Below, piece after piece: positions 6,298 through 14,940 of a stretch of DNA of 30,855 nucleotides (its first letter is position 1; every line of letters begins with the position of its first letter). The notes beneath the pieces were generated by a model. That model saw only the letters and a list, made by a program, of their open reading frames with translations, did no database searches and was not told the origin of the DNA. The stretch covers positions 1 to 30,855 of IMG/VR virus record IMGVR_UViG_3300020042_001705. The stretch is one strand, 5' to 3'. A program made the position numbers and the translations under genes. Origin of the DNA: a virus (Duplodnaviria > Caudoviricetes).

Positions 6298-7571
6298 TCT
6301 TGGCGCCTGTAGGCGCCGGCAAGACAGCGATCACGCTAACCGCCATGCAGGCAATGGTGAAAGACGGCCATGCGTCACGCTTTTTGGTTCTCGCACCCAA
6401 GCGCGTCTGCACGGACGTGTGGCCTATTGAGGCGCGCAAGTGGGCGCTGGAGCTGCACTGCCGCACAGCCGTGGGTACACCGCGCAGTCGGGGCGAGGCG
6501 CTGGACTCCGACGCCCACATCGTGGCGATCAACTACGACAACATCGGTTGGCTGGCCGAGCAAGACTTGTCGTCGTTCGACGCGATCGTGTTCGACGAGC
6601 TGACGAAATTAAAGAACCCATCAGGCACGCGCTTCAAGGCGCTGCACAAGATCATCGACCAGTTCAAGATACGCTGGGGTCTGACAGGCTCATTCACCAG
6701 CAACGGTTTGGAAGACGTCTTCGGGCAGTGCAAGATCGTCGACGAGAAGCTGCTGGGCCGTGCCAAGGGCGCGTTCCTGCAGCAATACTTCGTCTGCATG
6801 AACCGCGACTTCGGTGAGTGGCTGCCACGCCCAGGCGCGCTATCGCTGGTCATGCAACGCATCAAACCAGCCACGTTCGTTTTGGAGCCTGGCGAGTACA
6901 AGGACAAGCTGCCGCCCTGTCATGTGGTCGAGCTGCGCTGTACGCTTGCCGACCGCGCGCCCTACGAAAAGATGAAAAAAGACTTTGTAGTACAGTTTCC
7001 GACTGCTGAGATACTGGCAGCGAACGCGGCTGCTGTCACGTCTAAGCTTCAACAGATGGCGTCTGGCTTTGTGTACGACAGCAGCCGGGTTGCGTCCGCC
7101 GTGCCGGGTCAGTTTACATCTAGCAAAACGGCGGTGTGGTTTAGCAGTCACAAATTTGACAGGCTTGATGAACTACTGGAGGAGAACCAACATGCGAATA
7201 CGCTCATTGTTTACCAGTTTCAGGAAGAGGTGGCAGAACTTCGTCGCCGCTATCCAAGGCTTGCCACCCTCGACGACGCCGACGCCATCAAGCGATGGAA
7301 CGCTGGACAAATCGAGCTTCTCGCTGTGCATCCAAAGTCCGCAGGACATGGCCTTAATCTACAACACGGAGGATGCCACATGGTATTTCTGTCGCTGCCG
7401 TGGTCGTTGGAACTATACGAACAAACTGTCGGAAGGCTCCATCGTTCCGGTCAAGTGCGAGATGTCTGGGTCTATATTCTACTCGCCGAGAAGACAGTTG
7501 ACGAAAAGATCTGGGCAGCCCTGCACGACAAACGAGCCATCTCAGACATAGCAATGGAGGCACTGAAATGA
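6234..7571 (+). CDS. SNF2-family (superfamily 2) helicase
   Basis: Q motif LRPYQ, Walker A PVGAGKT, Walker B FDEL, LTGS, SAGHGLNLQ, QTVGRLHRSGQ. ATG at 6234. Confidence 0.93.
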   Translation: MHLRPYQDEAADFLYERDRAMILAPVGAGKTAITLTAMQAMVKDGHASRFLVLAPKRVCTDVWPIEARKWALELHCRTAVGTPRSRGEALDSDAHIVAINYDNIGWLAEQDLSSFDAIVFDELTKLKNPSGTRFKALHKIIDQFKIRWGLTGSFTSNGLEDVFGQCKIVDEKLLGRAKGAFLQQYFVCMNRDFGEWLPRPGALSLVMQRIKPATFVLEPGEYKDKLPPCHVVELRCTLADRAPYEKMKKDFVVQFPTAEILAANAAAVTSKLQQMASGFVYDSSRVASAVPGQFTSSKTAVWFSSHKFDRLDELLEENQHANTLIVYQFQEEVAELRRRYPRLATLDDADAIKRWNAGQIELLAVHPKSAGHGLNLQHGGCHMVFLSLPWSLELYEQTVGRLHRSGQVRDVWVYILLAEKTVDEKIWAALHDKRAISDIAMEALK

Positions 7572-7840
7572 AAGAACGAATTATTGTCGGCGCAGATGGA
7601 CGTAAGTACATCACTACTGAACCGGAGCCGGTGGCGTGGACGTATAACGGAAACTTGCATGAGTTTGACCCAAGCGATTGGGCAGAGGGCGAAGTAATCC
7701 CACTCTACACCACCCCACCACAGCGCGAATGGCAAGGGCTGACGGATGAGGAGATAGATGGATGGAACATCGTAGGGCATGAAAGCCTGCGCGAGTTTAT
7801 CCGTGCCATCGAAGCCAAGCTGAAAGCCAAGAATGGATAA
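7568..7840 (+). CDS. Hypothetical phage protein
   Basis: ATGA-coupled to the helicase. EPVAW...PLYTTPPQREWQGLTDEEI...FIRAIEAKLK pattern typical of small proteobacterial phage proteins. Confidence 0.8.
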   Translation: MKERIIVGADGRKYITTEPEPVAWTYNGNLHEFDPSDWAEGEVIPLYTTPPQREWQGLTDEEIDGWNIVGHESLREFIRAIEAKLKAKNG

Positions 7841-8024
7841 GTTTTTACAAGCCACTACCGACCAGCTGTACTTCCGCGACCCGCGCGTCGAGCCGCCGCC
7901 TAAAGCCACCAGCATGCTGCTTTTAAATCCTGGCGGTGTGTGCATCATCGGCGTGTGGGAAGACAGCTGCATCGGATGGTGCCCCAAACCAAAGATACCC
8001 AAAGAGCTGAAAGGAAGACGATGA
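7833..8024 (+). CDS. Hypothetical protein (DUF551-like)
   Basis: Overlaps the upstream stop. PP..LLL..GGVCIIGVW..IGWCPKP pattern. Confidence 0.7.
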   Translation: MDKFLQATTDQLYFRDPRVEPPPKATSMLLLNPGGVCIIGVWEDSCIGWCPKPKIPKELKGRR

Positions 8025-8197
8025 AACGATTGCAATACTGGAAGACTAAGTTACCCGCTGCTCGCGCAGAAGAACGTCAAATAGCCCGCCAGTACAACCA
8101 GATTGCCCGAGCGCTATTTCGGGCTTGCGGCAGAGTTGAAATGATTGAAAAGAGGATAGAAGATGAAAAAAATAAGCTGGCGCGCGCTAAACAATAA
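8021..8197 (+). CDS. Small basic helical hypothetical protein
   Basis: ATGA overlap at 8021, RBS AAGGAAG; MKRLQYWKTKLPAARAEERQ... Confidence 0.7.
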   Translation: MKRLQYWKTKLPAARAEERQIARQYNQIARALFRACGRVEMIEKRIEDEKNKLARAKQ

Positions 8198-8357
8198 ACT
8201 AGCCGCGCTGTCCGAAGACGAGGTGTTCGCCATGCTGACCGAAGAGCAGCTGACCGAGCGCCGCGCCTCCCACCTGCAACGGCTGCACCAGCGCTACTGC
8301 GCGCTGCGCGACGCCCGTGAACGACTCGAAGTTATGTCAGGAGCCACTAAACCATGA
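8163..8357 (+). CDS. Hypothetical protein
   Basis: RBS GAGGA; part of the tightly coupled small-gene run. Confidence 0.7.
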   Translation: MKKISWRALNNKLAALSEDEVFAMLTEEQLTERRASHLQRLHQRYCALRDARERLEVMSGATKP

Positions 8358-8575
8358 GCCCAAAAGTTAACCACCGGTTGTTTGACGCCATTATCGAAGA
8401 GTTTAAGTTAAAGAACGACGCCGATTTAGGCCGATTTTTAGACTTACCCCCACCACAAATTTCCCGCATCCGTCACCACAGATACAACGTGTCGGGCGAC
8501 ATGATTCTGCGCGTTTACGACAAGACCGGCTGGAGTATTGAGAAGATTCGGAATCACCTAGTGGACCCGGAATGA
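8354..8575 (+). CDS. XRE-like helix-turn-helix DNA-binding protein
   Basis: LKNDADLGRFLDLPPPQISRIRHHRYNVSGDMILRV HTH pattern; ATGA-coupled. Confidence 0.7.
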   Translation: MSPKVNHRLFDAIIEEFKLKNDADLGRFLDLPPPQISRIRHHRYNVSGDMILRVYDKTGWSIEKIRNHLVDPE

Positions 8576-8817
8576 AATGCCAAACCTGTGGTTCCAAGAC
8601 GTATGTTGTCAATACAGCCCAACAGCCAGGCGGCGTGCGACGCCAGCGTCGGTGTGAGGCTTGCAAGGTCAGCGCCTACACCGCCGAGGTGTGGATTGCA
8701 GGCAACGTGATGGTCGGAAAATCGATCTATACTAATGATGAGGCAGCGTTAATAAAAAAGAAAGGCGTTGACGCTCGCCGCGCAAATGAAGACAGGAGGA
8801 ATGACGATGCTACGTGA
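8572..8817 (+). CDS. Zinc-ribbon protein resembling the NrdR N-terminal domain
   Basis: MKCQTCG..TYVVNT..VRRQRRCEAC..YTAE parallels NrdR CxxC..RRRRxCxxC..FTTyE; no ATP-cone domain. Confidence 0.7.
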   Translation: MKCQTCGSKTYVVNTAQQPGGVRRQRRCEACKVSAYTAEVWIAGNVMVGKSIYTNDEAALIKKKGVDARRANEDRRNDDAT

Positions 8818-8989
8818 TGGACACTTTATTCGAGAAGAACCCCCGAAGATTGGCGCGTATTACGTGCCGCAGTTTTACACACGCCAATCAACGCCCGAGG
8901 AGCGGCTGGTGCAAGATATCATGCTGAACTGCAAGTCTGACGTTGAGTCGCCCATAGCCAAGTTGTTTGGCAGGTTGTTGAGCGTATGA
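8807..8989 (+). CDS. Hypothetical protein
   Basis: AGGAGG RBS 7 nt before ATG 8807; MLRDGHFIREEPPKIGAYYVP... Confidence 0.7.
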   Translation: MLRDGHFIREEPPKIGAYYVPQFYTRQSTPEERLVQDIMLNCKSDVESPIAKLFGRLLSV

Positions 8990-9174
8990 AAGAACTCGTC
9001 TATCTTTATTACGCGGGCATTATCGTAGCGACGGTGGGGTTCTTGGCCATTTTTGCTGAAGAACCGCGCCGCCCTACGGCAATGGAGTGCGGTGTCGCGG
9101 AGATATCGCCTGACATGTCGCCGCAAGACCGCGCGGTGTGCAGGCAGTTACGCCAGCATCGTCACCGCATGTGA
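8986..9174 (+). CDS. Small membrane-anchored hypothetical protein
   Basis: N-terminal hydrophobic segment LYYAGIIVATVGFLAIF, then a C..AEISPD..C pair; ATGA-coupled. Confidence 0.7.
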   Translation: MKELVYLYYAGIIVATVGFLAIFAEEPRRPTAMECGVAEISPDMSPQDRAVCRQLRQHRHRM

Positions 9175-9660
9175 CTGCGCCTCAGCAACGCGGCGCATCC
9201 AGCCCTTGCCGAAAGTCGCAAACGTCGGCAAGGCTTTATAGAACAGCTCTTTCTCCATACTGAATTTGGCGATCAGATCAGTTGGGTCAGCGTCTTTTAA
9301 CGCTTGCATAGTTTTCGGACCAATCGCGCCGTCCGGGTTGGTGCCGATCGCTTTCTGCATGGTTTTGATTGCACGGCCAGGGCCAGCATTGATCGCGAAG
9401 TCGAACATCAAGTAGTCGAGGCCGGTTGGCAGCTCGTCGGCCTTGACCGCGTCCCAGTATTGTTTGCGGTACATCGGCGCTACAGTTGCTGGCGTCAACG
9501 CGCGCATCTCTTTTTCGCCAACAGCTTCGCCGACCCATGCCTCCCACACTTTCTTGGTCACGCCCAGATTGGTCATGCCGCCAGGATCTTTCGGATGGTT
9601 TACGAAACCCCCTTCATGCTTCAAGATGGCAGCTAATGCGTCGTCGAAGTTTTCTTTCAT
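9148..9660 (-). CDS. Endolysin, glycoside hydrolase family 108 with C-terminal peptidoglycan-binding domain
   Basis: HEGGFVNHPKDPGGMTNLGVT, FDFAINAGPGRA, DGAIGPKT, FGKGWMRRV. Confidence 0.93.
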   Translation of the reverse strand: MKENFDDALAAILKHEGGFVNHPKDPGGMTNLGVTKKVWEAWVGEAVGEKEMRALTPATVAPMYRKQYWDAVKADELPTGLDYLMFDFAINAGPGRAIKTMQKAIGTNPDGAIGPKTMQALKDADPTDLIAKFSMEKELFYKALPTFATFGKGWMRRVAEAQSHAVTMLA

Positions 9661-10070
9661 TTCTTGGCTTTCATGTCGATGATCTTTTCAAGCGTTCTGC
9701 CGCCAAAATAAAACGACATCACCAGCATGCCCCACTGCCCGAGCAGCTCAACGAAAGAATCCGCGATATCCATAGCGGATGCGTCAAGGATTGCCAGCGC
9801 CATGTAGGCCACCAAGATGTAGACCAAGGTCAGAGGCCGAATGTTTTTCGACAGCCAGCTGTCGCTGGCCATATCGGCTTTTAAGCGATCGGTCAGATTG
9901 TTCTGCTCAGTCTTATATAAGTCTGTGTCGTTGGCCATCTTGGCCAACTCGCCGTCTTGCGCCATCTTGGCCAACTCCAGCTGCGCTTTGGCTTTCTGCT
10001 CTGGGTCAGGGATTAGTTTGTCGATCAGTTTGCCGCCAATACCGAGCAGCGCGTCTAGTCCGAATGGCAT
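9657..10070 (-). CDS. Holin (GTA 3TM-type family)
   Basis: GGKLIDKLIPDP..DSWLSKNIRP..FYFGGRTLEK with hydrophobic segments; coupled to the endolysin; ATG 10070 after GGAGG. Confidence 0.8.
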   Translation of the reverse strand: MPFGLDALLGIGGKLIDKLIPDPEQKAKAQLELAKMAQDGELAKMANDTDLYKTEQNNLTDRLKADMASDSWLSKNIRPLTLVYILVAYMALAILDASAMDIADSFVELLGQWGMLVMSFYFGGRTLEKIIDMKAKK

Positions 10071-10071
10071 A

Positions 10072-10686
10072 TCAGCCTCCTTGTTGAAACATCCACCATA
10101 TTGCAAAGATAAATACGCAAATAACGCCGACCATCATAATGCCTAAACCGATAAGCTCTAAGTTGTCCACCATGCGTTCCCTCGCCCGGCGTTTCTTCAT
10201 TACTTCAGCTTTTTCGTGCAGCCGCTTTTCCATCTCTACGCGACGCAGCGACTCCGCTTTCTCTTCCCGCTCAGAGCGCAGCTTGTCCATCCGCGACCAG
10301 AACTCGTCCCACATGCCGGCTTCTTGAAAGTGGTACGTAAAGATGTGCTTGATATCAGCGTAATACTGCTTGATCTGACGATCAATAATCATCAGTTCCA
10401 TGACGTACTCAGCATCTGACACGTAGTCTGGCACCGGCTCACCCTTGGCAACTGCTGCTTCCTGCGCGGCCTTGGCTTCCTCTAGCTGAGTACGCTTGGT
10501 CTCGTATTTGCCCGCCGCCGAGAAGAACTTTGAGACGCCCGACATGGAGTCGGCCAACGTCTTGCCGGATTCGACTGCGCCGTTAATTTCGTCAAATGCT
10601 TCGCGGGCTAATGCCGCCGCTTCCTTGACGCCAGTAACAACCGCTTTGATGCCTGCAATCGCTAGTCCGATTGTTACTGGGTCCAA
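10072..10686 (-). CDS. Coiled-coil protein with C-terminal transmembrane helix (lysis-region hypothetical)
   Basis: TTG start at 10686 after GGAGG (MDPVTIGLAIAG...); charged coiled coil, then LIGLGIMMVGVICVFIFAIWWMF. Confidence 0.75.
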   Translation of the reverse strand: MDPVTIGLAIAGIKAVVTGVKEAAALAREAFDEINGAVESGKTLADSMSGVSKFFSAAGKYETKRTQLEEAKAAQEAAVAKGEPVPDYVSDAEYVMELMIIDRQIKQYYADIKHIFTYHFQEAGMWDEFWSRMDKLRSEREEKAESLRRVEMEKRLHEKAEVMKKRRARERMVDNLELIGLGIMMVGVICVFIFAIWWMFQQGG

Positions 10687-10687
10687 G

Positions 10688-12832
10688 TTATTCCTCCACG
10701 GGGATACCACGGCTTCGCGCTTCCTCTAGCAACTGCTCTAGAGTAAGTTCAGGACTTTCAGTCACTGTCACCTCTGGTAGCACTCGCTCTTCTACCGTCG
10801 TTGGTGTAGTTTCCGACGCCGCAACACCGCGCGTGCCCACTTGTATTGTGCCGCGTTTGAGTGTGTTTAAAGCGTCCATAGCGCGGTCGCCTTTGGTTTT
10901 GCCACGCGCTAAGTCAAGTATTAATTTGCGGTTGTTAGGGTCAAAAATGGCTTTAGAGAATGCTTCTGGACTGGCGATAACGTCGCGGGCAAGATTGATT
11001 GTTTCACGCAGCACAATACTAGCCGTTGAACTTGCGCCAGCACCTCGCGCAGCACCAAACACGGCGCCGCCTGAAGGCCCGCCTAACCCCGCCGAAGACT
11101 CTTTAGCCATGACCTGTTGCAAATACTTGATGGCCAGCTGCGCGTCAGCCAAGTCTTTTGGATTAGGGAACAAGTCGGCTAGGTCACCCTTACGTTGCAA
11201 ACCCCGCAACACTTGTTTTAGGCTGAATTGCGGATCGAGCGCTGATGCGCCTTCTGCGCCCTGACGACCACGGCTCAACACGTCGTCCATCTGCGCGCGG
11301 CGCAACGTCGCCAATACCCCATTAACTTGTGGGTTGGAGCTATTTTGCATGACATCAATCAAGATTGCGCGTTGCGATGGGGGCATGCGCTTCAACTTAC
11401 CAAGAACATCTTCAGGCACCAGTTGACTGACGTTATTGACGTCAAATGCTTTAGTTAACGGCCGTTCGGAAAACTCTTCTATGCGGTCAATATTTGCAGA
11501 GAATTTATCGCGCGCGGCTTTTAGTTTATCGGCGCCGGGGATATTGTTGTTAATGGCCTCGTCCAATGACTCTTTGAAGCCACGCAACACCGACAGTGCA
11601 ATACCTTTAGCTTTGCCCGGAGCCACATTTTCAAAAATGTTGCCTTTACCAAAGTCAGCTTTGCCCGAATACGCGGCCTCGCCCCAAACAGCCAGATTGT
11701 CTTGCAAACGACCGATGCTGATTGGTTTGTTGGATGGTGGACGCGCTGGCGTGACGTTGACCGACGCGGGTTTACCCGTTGGGCCAAGAACAGTGGATGG
11801 CGTCACCGACGCAGCAGCGCCTGGATCCACGTACTCACTTAATATATTTTCAAGTGATTGCTTTAATGACCCGGACGTTGGGTCTTCAGGAACAATGCTT
11901 GCCAACTGAGAACGTACTCTATCCACAATTGGTGTAGTGTCTACTTGCCCGCCGGATGCCTTGGCAGCGTTGAAGTCTTTCTTGGCGTCTGAGCGTAATT
12001 TTCCTGATAGCGCCCTACCGTAGTTTTTAAACGCGTCAACAATGGCGCCAGTGACTTGCTGCGCGCGCGCCGTATCCACTGGGGCACCAGCAGCGCGGTC
12101 AAATAAGTTAGCCAAGAAGGATTCAACATCCTTGGCTTGACCAATACGGAATTGCGAAGGTGCCTGCCCAGACGATGGCGTTGCCTCAACGCGGGCTTCG
12201 GTGGCCAGCTGGTTACGGAACAAACTGGCTTCGCCGGGTGTAATGCGGCCTACGCGCAACAGCTCGCTGATCTCAGCTTCTGTTGGGTATGTACCGCGCG
12301 GGCGTGTAATTGCGCCTTGCGTCCCTTTGTACATAGCTTTTGCGCCGTAAGGCGCCATCATCAAGCCCATCTGAACAAGAGGACTATCAGGCGCGATTTG
12401 TTGCGCGGCTAATGATGTGGTGCCTGCCGCGCCAAACTCACCCACTAAACCGGGGGCGGTACGGTTAAATAAGCCTGGTACACCTAGCGCCGAAAAAGCT
12501 GCTGCTGGCGCTCCGGCTTCGCCAAACTCATACACACCACGGTATCCGGGGATAGTTAGAATATCTACGCCGGTTAATTTTTTAATGCCGCGCGCTATAC
12601 CCGCGCTAGATAACGCGCTGGGGTCGCCTGACTTTGTGAGCACGTCATATAAATTACCCCAACCGCCGATGATATTTATAAGCCCTTTAGCTGGGCCTTT
12701 AAGCAATGCTTCGCCGGCTTTGACAAACTTATCAAAGCTAGAGCCGCGCTCATCCATAACAGACTCGGTACTTTTTGTTTCAGTACGGCGCGCCTGTTCG
12801 GCTAATAGTTCTTCTAGCGTTGGCTCGGCCAT
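10688..12832 (-). CDS. Putative internal virion / DNA ejection protein (P22 gp16 position)
   Basis: 714 aa, Ala/Gly-rich and helical; last of three large genes after the tail hub/needle genes. Confidence 0.65.
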   Translation of the reverse strand: MAEPTLEELLAEQARRTETKSTESVMDERGSSFDKFVKAGEALLKGPAKGLINIIGGWGNLYDVLTKSGDPSALSSAGIARGIKKLTGVDILTIPGYRGVYEFGEAGAPAAAFSALGVPGLFNRTAPGLVGEFGAAGTTSLAAQQIAPDSPLVQMGLMMAPYGAKAMYKGTQGAITRPRGTYPTEAEISELLRVGRITPGEASLFRNQLATEARVEATPSSGQAPSQFRIGQAKDVESFLANLFDRAAGAPVDTARAQQVTGAIVDAFKNYGRALSGKLRSDAKKDFNAAKASGGQVDTTPIVDRVRSQLASIVPEDPTSGSLKQSLENILSEYVDPGAAASVTPSTVLGPTGKPASVNVTPARPPSNKPISIGRLQDNLAVWGEAAYSGKADFGKGNIFENVAPGKAKGIALSVLRGFKESLDEAINNNIPGADKLKAARDKFSANIDRIEEFSERPLTKAFDVNNVSQLVPEDVLGKLKRMPPSQRAILIDVMQNSSNPQVNGVLATLRRAQMDDVLSRGRQGAEGASALDPQFSLKQVLRGLQRKGDLADLFPNPKDLADAQLAIKYLQQVMAKESSAGLGGPSGGAVFGAARGAGASSTASIVLRETINLARDVIASPEAFSKAIFDPNNRKLILDLARGKTKGDRAMDALNTLKRGTIQVGTRGVAASETTPTTVEERVLPEVTVTESPELTLEQLLEEARSRGIPVEE

Positions 12833-14940
12833 TATCGTTTACCTTTCGCTGCTTTAATTGCCGCCTCTAACTCATCATCAGTCATGCTTCGCACGCCGCT
12901 AGGCGTAACGTTAAATATCCCGCTAATTCTAGGTTTGTAGCCCTCCATAGATTTGTTTTTGCGAACCCACGTTTCAAGTGCATCAGCTTCTTTAATTAAA
13001 TCGTTATTTTTATCAGCTATATATTGTATAAGTTCGCGTCTTGCTGCCGCACTGTTTTCCAATCTAGGAAATATTTTCTCGATAAAGTCACGGTCAGCGT
13101 TAGATATTCCTGTACCTAATTTACCTTGCAACGATTGGAATACAAGATCAGAACCTACTTTTTGATATTGCTCTGAAGTGGCCAATCTATTTGCATCACT
13201 CTGGCTAAGTAAACCTAAAGTATTTAGGAAATTAGCTGCACCTACTCGGCTAGGTGCAAATGAACCACTAATTAATCCAGTATCATTTAAGTTACTTAAT
13301 TTTTTTAGCGCGGTATTAGCGGCCATAGCAGCGCGTTTGTTAGACCTAGCTATCGATACGTCTTCCACATCTAATTTAGCTATACCCTTGAGAACTTCTT
13401 TTTCAGCAGCAGCGCTAGAAGATGTAGCAGTTGCGGTTACTTTGGAAGTTACGCGGTCCACTTTTGCAGTAACAGGCTGACGTACTTGTTTACCATTTTT
13501 GTCTGTGACGTATACAAATTGTTCGTCTTTAATTTCGTCAACATAAAGCGCTAATCCTGCGAATGGGCCAGATTCAACCTCGCCGACCACAGTAAGGTTT
13601 GGCTTATCTTTCTTGAGTTGCTGTTCCAGTACAGCAAGCTTATCTTTAACCTGAAGTATTTCTGGCGCGTTGGGGTCTTTAGCATCACGTATTTGTTTCT
13701 TAATTCCAGCGATAGCATCAGCTATTTCTATTGCATCAGGTTGTTTACCACCACCTTTGGCGCCGCTAGCCTTATCGATAAGAATTTGCAATGCTTTAGC
13801 TCTAGTATCATTTTCAAACCCTTCTGTGTCAGTTCCGTATTGCGATTTAATACCCGCAAGTTCAGTAAAATACCCTGCAAGACGCCCAACATCATCCACT
13901 TTATCTTTGTCACCTTTACCTTCTCCGCGCTTAGCACCCAAAATTTCAAGTTCATCCTCGACATCTCTAATTTCTTTAGACTCAGGAGAAAACCCTTGAG
14001 CTATCAAATCATTACGCTTGGCTATTAATGGGCGAGCTTGACCTAACTTAAACTCTACGTCCGATGGTTTAGCCACTACCGCTTGATTTAAGAAGTTTAG
14101 TTCGTCTTGAGCTTCTAAATATTCAGGGCTGCCTGCCATATTTTGAGAATCTAAGGAACGAAGTTTAGCGGTTAATCTAGCGCGCTCTCTAGAAATGGCA
14201 ATTTCCTTATTCTTACTCTTACCTGCACCGTCGCCTTCACCATCACCTTCACCGCCTGCGCCGCCTTTTAGTGGTACCAATGATTGGATCAAACGGTCAA
14301 GACTCTTAACAGCGTTCGAATCTACACCCAACTGAGCAACAGCTTCCTCGCGTCTACTATATAGGTCTTGAAGTTGCGAATATTTATCCTCGGCGCCGGG
14401 GCGGAGCGCCTTTTGAAGTCGTTGTATTTGGGCTTCAATAACTGCGCGTTGATTAGGGTCTGTGGTTTTTTGTAGTTCTTCCGTCAATTTGCCAATAAGT
14501 TCAGCTTCTTGAACGCCAGCAGGCAACGCTTGCGTGCGTTCACGCGCCGCTTGCGCTTTGCGCTGTTGTGCCAAGGCCATTTCGCTGCCTTGCTTGTTCA
14601 TAAAGTCAGTCAACGTCAGCGCCAACTCTTGGTCGTTCGTTTGTGCTGCACGTTGAATGCCAGCCATCAGCGACTGAGGGTCTGCCGGATTGATCGACTG
14701 CATGATCTCCTGCCGCTGGCGAATGCGCTGCAGCTGGGGGTCTTGCACACCCAGAAGACCACCAATTCCACGGCCTAGCTGTTGGGCGCCCAAGAACACG
14801 CCGTAGTTAGCTTGCTGTCGGGGGTCAAGACCCGCAAAGTTAAACGCGCGCTGTTGCTCGCCCGCTTGCTGCTGCGCCATCTGTTGCGCCTGATATTGTT
14901 CAGGCGACATGAACAGACCTAAGATATCAGTAGTAGCCAT
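12832..14940 (-). CDS. Putative internal virion / DNA ejection protein (P22 gp20 position)
   Basis: ATG 14940 (MATTDILGLF); Gln-rich N-terminus, helical repeats and C-terminal LGTGISNADRDFI. Confidence 0.65.
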   Translation of the reverse strand: MATTDILGLFMSPEQYQAQQMAQQQAGEQQRAFNFAGLDPRQQANYGVFLGAQQLGRGIGGLLGVQDPQLQRIRQRQEIMQSINPADPQSLMAGIQRAAQTNDQELALTLTDFMNKQGSEMALAQQRKAQAARERTQALPAGVQEAELIGKLTEELQKTTDPNQRAVIEAQIQRLQKALRPGAEDKYSQLQDLYSRREEAVAQLGVDSNAVKSLDRLIQSLVPLKGGAGGEGDGEGDGAGKSKNKEIAISRERARLTAKLRSLDSQNMAGSPEYLEAQDELNFLNQAVVAKPSDVEFKLGQARPLIAKRNDLIAQGFSPESKEIRDVEDELEILGAKRGEGKGDKDKVDDVGRLAGYFTELAGIKSQYGTDTEGFENDTRAKALQILIDKASGAKGGGKQPDAIEIADAIAGIKKQIRDAKDPNAPEILQVKDKLAVLEQQLKKDKPNLTVVGEVESGPFAGLALYVDEIKDEQFVYVTDKNGKQVRQPVTAKVDRVTSKVTATATSSSAAAEKEVLKGIAKLDVEDVSIARSNKRAAMAANTALKKLSNLNDTGLISGSFAPSRVGAANFLNTLGLLSQSDANRLATSEQYQKVGSDLVFQSLQGKLGTGISNADRDFIEKIFPRLENSAAARRELIQYIADKNNDLIKEADALETWVRKNKSMEGYKPRISGIFNVTPSGVRSMTDDELEAAIKAAKGKR

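Noticed and set aside
9934-9977. 17-bp direct repeat GCCATCTTGGCCAACTC (9934-9950, 9961-9977)
   Set aside because: Only two copies, in frame within the holin (ELAKMA twice); a small coding duplication, not a CRISPR or operator array.
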